Shown here: one piece after another, positions 48,234-60,130 of the stretch
Numbering within the stretch: position 1 is the stretch's first letter
How the letters are laid out: every line of letters starts with the position of its first letter
Assembly: GCA_030141605.1 (NCBI GenBank)
Contig: JAQGDQ010000006.1
Coordinates: 434,001 to 498,000, forward strand
DNA: 64,000 nucleotides
Direction: 5' to 3'
Source: Tubiluchus corallicola
Lineage: Eukaryota > Animalia > Priapulida
Notes under the pieces: model-generated
The model's input: the letters and a program-made list of their open reading frames with translations, nothing else
The model's database searches: none
What the model was told of the DNA's origin: nothing
Program-made: the position numbers and the translations under genes

Positions 48234-51200
48234 ATGGAAGAAAAAGGCGCTAAGGAAAAACAAAAACTCACTGAAGTTATTGGTTTCATTGGTGCTGGCA
48301 AGATGGCAACTGCATTAGCTCTTGGCTTTGTAACTTCTGGTATGGTGTTTTTAAAATTATTGTCCACGTGTTGACTACTGCATTTTGGACGGAACATAAT
48401 TCGGCCGCATGTTGACAAAGCATTCCTTGCAGCAATTCTTGCTAATTTTTAACCACCACTAAAATAACAGCTGACAAATTTAGCGCAGGCAGTTTGGGCA
48501 TCAAAAACAGGCTGAGCGATCTAAAATTTAGGTTTATGAGCTATACTTAAATGTCACATCTGGCATAACAATAAGAATTGTTTTATTTCGCACACACGAA
48601 CAGTAACGGTACATCACGATACAACAATTGAAAATACGTTACTAATGCGATGGTAACATACTCCTATACATGTTACCCTTATAATGTTTTATAGTATACT
48701 GTAACTGTACAGTGATAAGAAATAATTATGAAATAAGACAGAATTTGATGAAGCTAGTTCAGAGATTGTCAACATTTATAAATGAGGTTGTAGATGCTTC
48801 CTTAAGCATTTATAGCAATAGGGTGCAAGTGTGTTTACGATATATAAACCACAGTTTACTGATTTTGTCGTCAATTGACTATAGTACAAGCAACATTGTG
48901 AAAAATAGCAGACGCGTAGCAAGGTGGGAGGCAACACGGCGTAAGTGTGAGAGGGTGCAAAATTTTTCTAGACTAGTCTTTAATGACTGTTGTAATGATA
49001 TGCTTCATGCATATTTATTGGTAAAATGATTAACTTTATTACTATCAAATAATTAGTGACTGTTCACCAGCCATCGTGTAAACCGCATAAAGTGGCGTTT
49101 ACGTAGCATCCGGATGCGTACGCGTTTTGGAGTAGTGGAACAAATAAAATCGGTTTATATTGTTTTCAATGCACCAAGAATACGAACACGTGGTCTGCCA
49201 TTGACTGCCGAGCTGACGATCAATAATTACAATGGATGCTATGAGCATGCAAACTTACCATTGACGGTTTGCAGTTGTAAAGTTGATACCTTCTCAATGA
49301 TCCGTCAATATTTGGCAATATTCTAGCGCTAGGTGTTTTCATACATCGTTGCCACCATGTAATGATATGCTTCACGCATAATTATTGGTAAAACGATTAA
49401 CTTTATTAATATCAAATAATTAGTGAACGTTTACCAATGTTATAAACCGCATGACACGTAAACATGCCCTACTTAATCTAGTACTACTACAGTAGGTGCC
49501 GCTTAATAGACTCACTTTGGGACAGAAGTGTTTTGACTCAATTAACCGACTGAACCTGTTAACCAATGGGTACCAGTATTACTGGTATAGAGGTATGAGT
49601 CACCAGCTTATTATGCACTGCAAAGGTTTTTAATGAATTTTAGAAACAAAGTAAAGCCTAAATTCCTTTGTACAGTTAAAAATTGGAAAAAAATATTTTA
49701 AAATATTAATTTATATAAGTGAATTAGTAATAAATTAAAAAGTATACTTTTTTAAATCACACAAGTCTACTTATCTGCAATAATTACAAAAATTCCTTCA
49801 AATTTGGCTGCTTCATTTTATCACGAAGAAGTTGGCGCACAAAGTTCTCAAAATGATAAACACGTTGAAAATCTGTTGTTGTATGATGCACAAATTCTCA
49901 TCAAATACTTAGTGCATGGCGTGCTTAAACTGTTGGTGGTGCTTGTGCTTCCTCGCAGCTTCGCCTGTAGCTTCGCCTAAGCTCCAGCTTGCTATAACTG
50001 TGACATACTTACTGTACTATACCCGCGTCCCTGGCATAACGGCAACATCTAACTGTGTTAAACTTTCTGGCAAAGACTGCCAGAGGTTCAAAAGCAAAAC
50101 ACTAAACAAGTGATTAACAAACCATTAGGGTAGCATAATTAGGGTATGCTAAATGTTCCTACTTACAAACAAAACGATGATTGTTTCTATGTATATTATA
50201 GGACAAAAGCCAACTAAGATGATATAAAAGTCATAAAAGTTTATTAGCCACACGAAAGTGTCTTATTGATGCATGTGAAGGAAAAATAGTGAGTCAATTA
50301 TGCTGAGTTATTTCAGGCAATTACCGATAGTTTTTATGTACATTTGAATAGAAGCAGCCCGTACCAGGCTTTTTTGAGTCAATTAAGCGATTGGGTCTAT
50401 TAAGCGACACCTACTGTACAACTGTTAATCCTTAATTGCTGCCCGACATTGTCTAATCAATTGTCTAATCAGAGATCATCTGACTTTACTACTTCATACA
50501 GCCTGTTTTTGCTAAATTATGTTGTTACTTAAAGCACAAGAAAACCCTCCACTTTCATCAAGCTGAAAAAATTTGTCTCAAAATTTTATACCAGTTACTA
50601 CCTTTTTGCATGCAGGGTTTGCATCGGCCGCAACGCTGTATAATACTTGTAAATTTAAACTCCCGCGAAGACCGTTAGATGCACCATTTTAATGGTAGAT
50701 CATCTGACACAAGTTTAGATAGCACTGAGTAAAATTTGAAAAAATAATCAGAGCTTTCGTAGCATACATGTTGCTAACTAAGTAAAATTTTCAATTACTG
50801 TATCTTGTCAATAAGATTAAAAATATGTTTTTGGCTAGTGAGTGGCACACCCTGGAGTGTGAGTCAGAGACATTTTACCAATTGGCACAAACATTTTAAA
50901 TTATTATTTCTAGTTACATAAGTCTTTTCAGCAGGTAAGCGAAATGTAGTACTTCTGTAGATTTACACGGAAAGTTTTTTGGGACATAATTTAACATTGC
51001 CTTTTCTTCCCCTTTTTTACGTTTGCATACGTGACTTCATGTAATGGCGCCGTCGGAACAGTATTGTGGGAGATTTAAATGAAAACAAACAGAAATTCCT
51101 TTTAATGTGAGTACGAAATATGCATAAAATTGCTATAAAGTAATAAAATCTTTTAAGGCGATTTTTCAGAAACCTATTCCAGGTACCCTTTTTCTTGTCC

Positions 51201-54200
51201 TTTAAGTGTTAATGTTGAGAGAAAAAGTAGTGTGAATACTTGTGGTATTCTGTATCTCATAATCTTTGCATGTTTATTTTATACTGGAGCTGAATGTTTA
51301 ATGACTGTACCATCTTATGAGCAACTTTCCTAGACCAGTGCATGGAAAAGTCGTTCTGGTGCAGTACCGCATATCAAACTCGGGTGATTCTTGGAAAAAA
51401 TTCGTTCATCTTTATCCCATCATGTCGAAAAAAGTGGGGCTGTGTGAATCGACTACGCAAATTGCAAGAAATAGTTTTAGAACGCAACAAGTAACTGTGT
51501 AACAGGTCTATTGCGAGTACAGAATGCTATGAAACAGAAATCACGGCAAAATTATCAGATTTAATAGAAAACACATCAGCAAGCAATGCCATTTGCATTT
51601 CACTCTCTGCGCTCTCTTCCAAACTAAAACGGAATCAAACAAAATAAAACGAGCGGAATTTACACTCCCACTCCAGTTTCTATTACGAAACTGAATACAA
51701 ACAAAGACCCTGGCCGAAAGGTTGTCACTAAAGAAGCTTAGACTGTCGATACCACACATCGATACTCACTGAAAGAATCCACCACCACAAGATGGACAGC
51801 ACAAATAGCCAAATATGTGAAAAGAAGAATACATGCTTTATTCCCATTGGCAAGAATCAAAGGACCAAAGTGGTCTAAATCACTGTTGGCAAATGGAGGA
51901 GAAACTCAGATAACGCACCATCTAAACTGATCGTTATTTTGAGCCTGTATGCCGCAAAACAGACTTCTGGAACATGGCAACACTAACTCCACGGTATTGG
52001 GAGGTCAGTGACAAAATTGTCAATCTCACTGACATGGGACCAGCAGAATTGTCAACCCCACTAACATCAGAATGACATGGGATCACGCATCAAAATGACA
52101 TTTTCAAAGGATCTCACAAATTCGATTATGAGCAAAACCTTCAGGTGGGTTACCAGTAAGCCAACATGGGACAACCATGAGGTCCGAATAGAATCAACGA
52201 CGAACACCGTAAAGACTAATCACTATTGTATGAACGTAATCAGCCAAACGCACAGACAGTGGCAGCCATCAATACCAACCTTGGCAAGGTTAATGTTTCT
52301 GGTTTCAATGGTGATAAATGGACACGGGACACGAGAAGTTGGATGTCTGTGCTCGACCGTACATATGCCATTGTGGCATAAGGCTTCTTAGAGGCGTCTA
52401 AAAAAACATGATGTTCAGATTGGACCCTACAACAACTTGTCTGGAAAAGACAGCCATACTAGATGGAAGACGAACAAGGTGGCTTCTGAATGGCCTCCCG
52501 CTCAGTAAGGACATCTGTAGGGACTAGGGTTATCCCATGTGAATGGTACATGGTACACACCATAGACTTTGGAACAGCAGCTTAGGCTAATTTTTAAGCG
52601 AGCTTATATATTTTTCAGGTTTAGTTCCTGCTGATAAAATTGTTATGAGTAGTCCCGAAGCTGAACCACCAGAACTAAAGGTAACACATTGTCTCCTGCA
52701 GATTTTTTTCCTTTCCATTTAAAAATTTTCTTTTTTTCCATATGCTTCATCAATTTTGTCTTTATATTATTTTTGTGCTGGCTGCATATCTGAAAAGTTT
52801 CTTTTTTGGAGATATTATCTCATGCTGGACATTTGCATGCTGGAAACATTTGCAAATATTAAGAGAAAGCTGTAATGTATGTCAGCTTCGTTTTGACGGT
52901 GGGTATGCAGCTTATAAAACACAGCCATAACTAAATGTCTTACTGATCAGGAAATAAAAAGCCCTCCTGTTTTTTCCCACTTTTTAGCTGTTATGCAGCA
53001 TGTGTTCATTGAGGAATGGATTGGTGACTAAACATCAAAATCAATATTAATAATAAAATCTTAATAACTATGAATGCAAATACTGAAAGCAGATTGTCAT
53101 CATTTTGGCTGGAAAGAGTGTTGTTTTAACCTAAGCCATTAATTTTGATACACAGTATGGCAGACAGTGCTACACTATTTGGAATAGTGTGTTGCAAAAT
53201 TATTACTTCACAAACAAGGCCTTGAAGCTCAATTTGCAAAAAAATTTGTCTGTTTGCAGTGTTTCATTTTGTAAAGCAAATCTGATTTTTATTTATAACT
53301 CTAAGGTTTTTTTTATTGATCCAAGAAGGTTATAAATATTTCACAATGCACTTAATTTTACACTGGATATAACAGTGTATGTTAAACCATGTTTTCCCTA
53401 CTTCCATTCCTAATTTAAATCTCTTCTTTTTTCTTAGTTTCTCGCTCTCTTTCTCCCTTCCAATTATGGACACATAATTACCTTGGTAGTGTAAATTATT
53501 GCTAGCTAACACTGCAGTAGTTTGTGTTTTTAGAAACATGGGATTGTTAATTACTCATCAAACAATCTAGATGTAGTGAAAACTTGTGACATTATCATCA
53601 TCGCTGTTAAGCCTAACATTGTTCCAAAGATTTTGAAAGAAATTGGCTCCAATGTACAGCCCTCGAAACACACTATTATTTCTGTAGCAGCTGGACTGAC
53701 AATAGATTACTTTGAAAAGGTATATAATCTATAATTCTATACACATTATATTTGTTGTTATGCATTTATAATTTAATGGTGTGTTAAACAGAAAAAAAAT
53801 GAGTAATGTACTGCTGCATGATAGTTTGCAGATTCCTACAGGTCTGTTCATTTCTCTTCATATTAGGTTAGGTCTGCTGTATGCACCCTGTTGTGTCCTA
53901 TTTCCTTCCAAAAGGGCCATATTTTTGAGTTACCCTGGCACTTTTTTAAAAAATTGCAGAGAGCAGATGCTGAGGTACCCACTTATTGTCGGTAATGCAC
54001 GAACATTCCATGTTGTGTTCCAATATAAGACTGTGTTACAGGCTGCTAGTTCTTAAGGAATGCACTTTTTTGATACCATTATATTTCAATACTATCGCTC
54101 TGTAGCAATGTTAAAATCTGCAGGAATTTTTTTTACCGAGAATGCATTTTATTGAAATATTTTTTTGCAAAACTTTGAAGGCTTCCAAGCTTCTAGGTTA

Positions 54201-56426
54201 GGATTAATTTGAATGTTCTGTAAATTAACTCTATACTGGGGAAACACAACAAATGCTTAATAATTCACCTAAACGCTCTAATACGTTTGTGTTTTCATGG
54301 GTATCAATGCTGTATATGCTCATGGTGCTACGAAAACAAAGTCAAACAATGATCGGTTACTTTGTCTTTTCTGCTTGCAGCTTTTTTACCAAACAGTCTA
54401 ATTTTACTAAAGGAACTGTCCACAAATGTCCACCATCAATCTGGTAGTTATTTATTATACTTGTGGTTTCTTCTGAAGAGGTGTCATTCTTGAGTCTTGA
54501 ACTCTAACTTTGAAATAAATAGGCTTTTGTTAAATAATCAATTTGCACGGATAGGTAGCTTGATAACTGGTGCAGATGTTAAGATACATTTACAGCTTTA
54601 GGAACTCGTATTGACACAAGATAGCAAATAACGGTTTATAGTGTTTCATATTACGAATGTTGTACAGTGTATAATTATTTTTAATTGTACATGTTAACTC
54701 CTTGCACATTTTATCGGTACAAATATTTTCAGGGGTTGCCCGCATGCACACCAGTGGTTAGAGTCATTCCCAATATTTCTTGTTTTGTCAACGAAAGTAC
54801 CTCATCTTACACATTGGGCAAGCATTGCGGTGCATATGCTCGAAATATTGTTCACTCTTTACTCCGATGTGTGGGTAGCTATGAAGAGGTTCCAGAATAC
54901 CTACAAGACAGTGTTGGTGCTGTATCAGGATGTGGTCCAGCTTTTGTGAGTACCATTTCTGTTTTGCTGAATTTGTAACAGTTTTGGTTTTGAGATCCTC
55001 TTTTAGTGACTTAACATTCCTGCCATACCAATGATTTCTGATTTTTGCCATATAGCACAACATATGAACAATGGGTTCAACAGTTATTTTTTCTTTGAAA
55101 AAAAACTGGTGCAAGATATTCATAAAATTGTGGCATCTTATCTTAAAAAATTATACCCAGCACCAAATATTCCCCACTTGTAAAGTTAGTATTGTAATTA
55201 CTTTAACTAGATAAACTTAGTCTTGTATTTTATTTGCAGTTGTTATTATTATTTGCCTGTGAATTAAATTGCCATGTGCTATTCATTGTGTCCTTGCCAC
55301 ATATTTCAATAACCAGCTATGATTTGGGCTGTTGGATGTTATATGGGTAGTCTCAGATCTGGTGGAGTGGGATAACTGGTAGACCCCAATCTGTTTTTCG
55401 ATGGAGAATTTTCGTTAAATAAAAGAGATTATTCCTACAAAGTCGTACAGTGTTAACTACTATTACTCCCCAGATACTTCAGATCATGTGAAGATTTGGT
55501 TTTCCATTTTTAGACCATGGTATTTATTGAAGCACTTGCCGATGGTGCAGTGAGGATGGGTGTGCCTCGTCCCCTGGCTTTGAAATTTGCAGCACAGACT
55601 GTGATGGTAATCACATTAAATTTTTTAACTGTTTATAGTATGTATAGTTTTTGCCTTACTTCAATGTAATAATATAAAGTAACTATTGCACACAGGCCCA
55701 CAGTTCCTGTTCAAAGTGCTATATGCTGTGAATCACTTTTAGGTTGCAGAAACTTTGACTGCGACATGTGTATCTTAGTATAGATAAACTAGTCTAGCTA
55801 GCTATATTCGGAGAATGGATATGAAGTACTCATTCCTGTCATAATTGTGATGATGTTTCTTTTACATTGTTAATGCATACAAATTAACATTTGTTTGAAA
55901 TAATTGGTATAGCAGAGGACAGAAGAATTCTTAGATCAGGTTATATTCTCATTATAATTTTACGAAGATGATTGCCTAGAGTGCCAGTTGCCTCGTGCCA
56001 AATTAAGCATAGTGTATGATCTCACGTGCTACCAATTTTTACAAGGGTTTATGCAGTTAAATTATTTTACAGAATTACCTAAAATTATGATCCTACAAAC
56101 TCTGAAAACAATCCACAATCGTATTTTGCATGAGTTTAATATATTTTTTGACAGGTGGCCACTGATTAAAATGTTCATATAGGAAAACTCATGCATTTTT
56201 GGATGATTCTTTAACTGCCAGAAATTATATTTTTTTCATTTAGGGGTCTGCAAAACTGCTTTTGGAAACGGGCAAACATCCGGGGCAGGTGAAGGACGAA
56301 GTTTGTTCCCCAGGTGGCACCACTATAGCAGGCATTCATAAGCTTGAAAAGGCTGGTTTTCGTGGCGCTGTCATGGATGCTGTTGAAGCTGCGACAGTTC
56401 AGTCCGAGAAGCTTGGAACAAACTAA
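48234..56426 (+). CDS. PYCR: Pyrroline-5-carboxylate reductase (PYCR family, possibly PYCR3-like), 280 aa; exons 48234-48339, 52619-52680, 53534-53719, 54733-54945, 55514-55606, 56244-56426
   Basis: Rossmann motif [10 protein letters not shown], then [78 protein letters not shown] introns, consistent phases, 843 nt. Confidence 0.96.
48991..49452. repeat. ~95-bp direct repeats (48991 and 49358) flanking a ~270-bp core
   Basis: tgtaatgatatgcttca(t/c)gcata..attggtaaaa(t/c)gattaactttatta..atcaaataattagtga..taaaccgcat occurs twice. Confidence 0.8.
49490..50416. mobile_element. Non-autonomous pogo/Tigger-like DNA transposon in PYCR intron 1
   Basis: TIRs CAGTAGGTGCCGCTTAATAGAC / GTCTATTAAGCGACACCTACTG with TA flanks. 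Confidence 0.88.
50533..51201. mobile_element. Kolobok-like non-autonomous element (TTAA target)
   Basis: TTAA|AGCACAAGAAAA ... TTTTCTTGTCCT|TTAA. Purine-purine termini with a TTAA TSD fit Kolobok. A second partial copy lies at ~28176. Confidence 0.65.
51320..52500 (+). mobile_element. Decayed 3' fragment of an R4/Dong-like (RLE-type) non-LTR retrotransposon
   Basis: RPVHGK..DSW..ESTTQIA..QQVT (cf. KPLHGQF..SW..ETE..IAAQEQ) and terminal [17 protein letters not shown] (cf. LEKHLK.IG..LQKTAILG). Confidence 0.45.
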
Positions 56427-57407
56427 ACCCTAACCGAAGGTCGTGGCATGGTTTTTTTGCCTGTCCTGTTGTATCTAAAGATATGTCTAATATGAAACTT
56501 GACCAAATGCTTAGCATGTTACAGCAAATTTCCAGTTTCTGGAAAACTACTTTATTATGTTACCTCATTCTTGTTTTTAAAAAACCTAAGCTTTTTTCTT
56601 TTTGTTTCAAGTTCAAGTCAAGAATTCTATTTTTTATAAATTTATGCTTTACCATTCTTTGTATCTACTAAGTGAGAAATGTTTTGGTAAAAGGTTTTTT
56701 TTACTTTATATATTCTATTAAATACATGTTATATTAGTTATCATAATAGTTTCTTAACATTCTTCTGTATCAATCAACATTCAACCTTAAGGACTGTGGA
56801 AATAAGGCTGTTGAGACTGGTCAGTAGTAGTGTTCCCAGCAGTCACAGGCTTGACATTTCATAACTTCCTAGTAATCACTCAACCATCCTTACTCTCCAA
56901 TTTCATGCAAAAATAATATCACATTGTCATACTCCTTATCTTTTTAAAAAGTTAAGTCTGAAACATTCTTTCAAATTATGAGACATCACGTCTTATTTGT
57001 TTTTATAGTTATATATATTTAGATATTCGTTAGGGTGCTGCTGGTACATGCATTACTATTTTTGTATAGTCTTTTTCACTAAATTATTTTTGTTGGTTAG
57101 AAACTATATTAGTATTTTGAACTTTAGGAAAATTACACATTGTCATGTACAAATTCATAATTTATTCAAGAAGTAAAAAGGTGAGACGTGACCCATTTAG
57201 TTCCGAGTTTTGACATAATAATCAATGAAATCAGATATTCAGTAAGTTATTATGGATTTATACACTAGCACAGACACAGTTGACATCGGGACTTGAATAG
57301 GATAATTTTAGCAGTCAGCTTTTTACCTTTGTTAAGATAAGCAAATATGCTTGTTAATGTGCAATTTCAGAAAATACTTCCTAGAAATGCTATTGCGATA
57401 TGCATTC

Positions 57408-58639
57408 TCACCTTTCTTTCTCACCATCCTCCTGGTAGATTTTCATCTGTCAGCCGGCGAACACTTGATAACGTCTCTCCTGGTGTCTCTGTCTTCATAC
57501 GTCTTCTCCTCCTCCACATCCACCAGTCGGATTCCTCTCCTCGCAAGCGCCTCTCCAACTCCATCAAGCCATCTCTTCCGGGGCCTTCCCACTGGTCTTT
57601 TGCCTTGCGGCTTCCATTCAAGATATTTCTTTGGCAATCTCGTGTCGTCCATCCGCTTAATATGCCCATACCACCTCAACTTGCTCTCCTCAATCTCTCT
57701 CAAGAGTGGTTTCACTGAGAGGTCTGACCTTATCTGTTCACTTCTGAGTCTGTCTATCCTTGTTACACCCCTTATAGTCCGAAGAACTTTCATTTCCGCT
57801 GCCTGTAGTCTTGAGGATGTCTTCGTTGTAAGTGACCAACATTCAGCTCCATATGTTAGTATTGGTTTCAATATTGTGTTATATATAGTTGTCTTGACTT
57901 GCTTGGGTATGCACTTCTCTTTCAATAGGGGATACATCATCATAAAATTTCTTGTATATTTCTCAATCCTCGCACTCAACTCCGTTTCCTGAATATTTCC
58001 TTCATCCACAACCACCCCAAGGTATTTATAGGAATTTGCCTGGTGCAGCTTCCTGTCTTCCATATACACATCAAATTCCTCTCTTCTACGGCTTATGTGC
58101 ATGAACTCAGTCTTTCCCTTTGCCGTGTTTATGCTCATTCCATTATTATTCATTGTTGATAACCATGAACTGGCCACACCCTGCAGTTCTTGTATGGTGT
58201 CCACCATCACCGCCGCGTCGTCCGCGTAGGCGAGGACTTGCTGGTTTGGTCGTGGGTTTGTATCTCTGATGCACTTGTCCATGAATATGATATATAGGAG
58301 CGGGGACAACCCGTCTCCTTGTTTTACACCTGCTTCGATGTTAAACCAGTCAGTCTCCACGTCTCCTTTTCTTACCTTACTCACACTATTGCTATAGATG
58401 CTCTTGATAACTCTTATCAGCTTTTTGGGAACAGAATACGGCGGCTCCGACATAATCTTCCAAAGCAGCTTTCTTGGGACACGGTCAAAAGCTTTCTCCA
58501 TATCAATGAAGAGAGCAAATTTGTCCCTTCCCCACTCCCAGCTTTTCTCCATTATCATCTTCATCACAAACACAAGATCTGATGTACTTCGTCCTGGTCG
58601 AAATCCGTACTGCCATTCTCCCAATCTAGCCTCAACATC
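57408..58639 (-). mobile_element. Young 5'-truncated RTE-clade LINE with an uninterrupted RT frame (ORF 57443..58675)
   Basis: QYGFRPGRST, FIDMEKAFDRVPR, GVKQGDGLSPLLY, LAYADD, YKYLG and the RTE-typical C-terminus LRWYGHIKRM..RLPK..GKRPVGRPRKRW. 9-bp TSD TATGCATTC at 57399-57407 and 58640-58648; 3' tail GGTGAGAAAGAAAGGTGA. Confidence 0.93.
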
Positions 58640-60130
58640 TATGCATTCATCTATCAAAATGCCAAAGTACAGCACTGCATCATAAAACTTCGTTTTTATT
58701 TCTCACCATTAGATTTACAAATAAATAACATGCAGATCTATATTTAACATGAATATGTGAATATGAATACTAGTTCCCCAAATGATAAACTGTGTCCGTA
58801 GCAAATGCAGTAAGTGCATACTTTAAGTTTAATCAAAGCATGTTGCAGGCAATCAACGAAATTAGTCTTAAAGAAACAGGTCTTAGTATTACACAGAATC
58901 GCAGTTGAAATCAGATTTTAAAAAATGTATTCCAATATATTTAATTTTAAGAAAATTGAACTGCATACAATCAAATTACCATATTGGAATTATGACAAAG
59001 TATACGACGAAGTCACTCAACGTGTACAAACAAATTCTGTGCTTATAGCACTAAATACACTTAAGCGAATTGCATTTACATTGAAACGAGTTATTTCTAG
59101 GTGGTTTACATCACAAACTAAAAAAATATGAAATTGTATTATAGACATCATCGAATAAACTCGTCCCCCATATATACAAATGCGGAACTCATTGAAAATT
59201 AGTTCTATGAACGATTCGATAAAATTTTATCATCGCAAAACATATCCACTGTACAACTAATTTCTGTGTTTCACGTGGAATTATCGACATATCACGTAGA
59301 ATTTACTGATATGACCACAGTCTTAATAACCATACAAAATTAAAATGCAACACAACATTCAGTTGTCATTGTGTAAGACAATAGCAACAACTTGCATAAA
59401 CATTTGAGAATTAGACTATTGAAATTATTCAAGAAAATTTTTTATGCCACATGGCAAATTATGATACATGTGAAAAGGCCAATATTTTCCAACAGGTGCC
59501 TATGAAAGTATATTATATTTACGTAAGGAATGTAAAGCACAATAGTTCAAAAACCAAATTTCTTTTACCTGAAAACAAAGACAATGTTAAAATAACATAT
59601 AAGTTGAAACAGTGTCTTGACTTATTTTCACTTTACAGCACAAAGCTTTAAGATAAAGAAAAATTACAAACCACAACCATTTCACGAATGTCAGTAAACT
59701 AAACAGGCACATACAAAAACATGATTATTATATAATGGTGATCAACAACTACAATTACAAATGCACGATCATTTTTCTCCAATGCCAGATTAAAAGGTAA
59801 TAAATGAATGACACAATTAATGCCTGAATTAGAAGAATAGCACTGTATTTAATAAACAGGATATAGTCCACTACACAACAAATTTTGTACCATCTAAAAT
59901 ACTGCCTCAGTAATTTACAGCCGCTATTCAGTTCAAACAAGAACTGTGTACCTTTTGGCAAAATATTTACAAATAAAAGAATTTAACGTAACTTACACCT
60001 ATAACTACATATGTCTTAATAACTAGTCCATAGGACCGTTTCTGCTAATACTCTAATTAAATAAGATAAAGGATTCTGTACAATGCGAATTTAATTTTAC
60101 AACTTTTGCATTTACTGCCATTGTGGCAGA

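Noticed and set aside
57347-57992. Plus-strand ORFs of 123 and 213 aa
   Set aside because: These are antisense shadows of the RTE reverse transcriptase frame.
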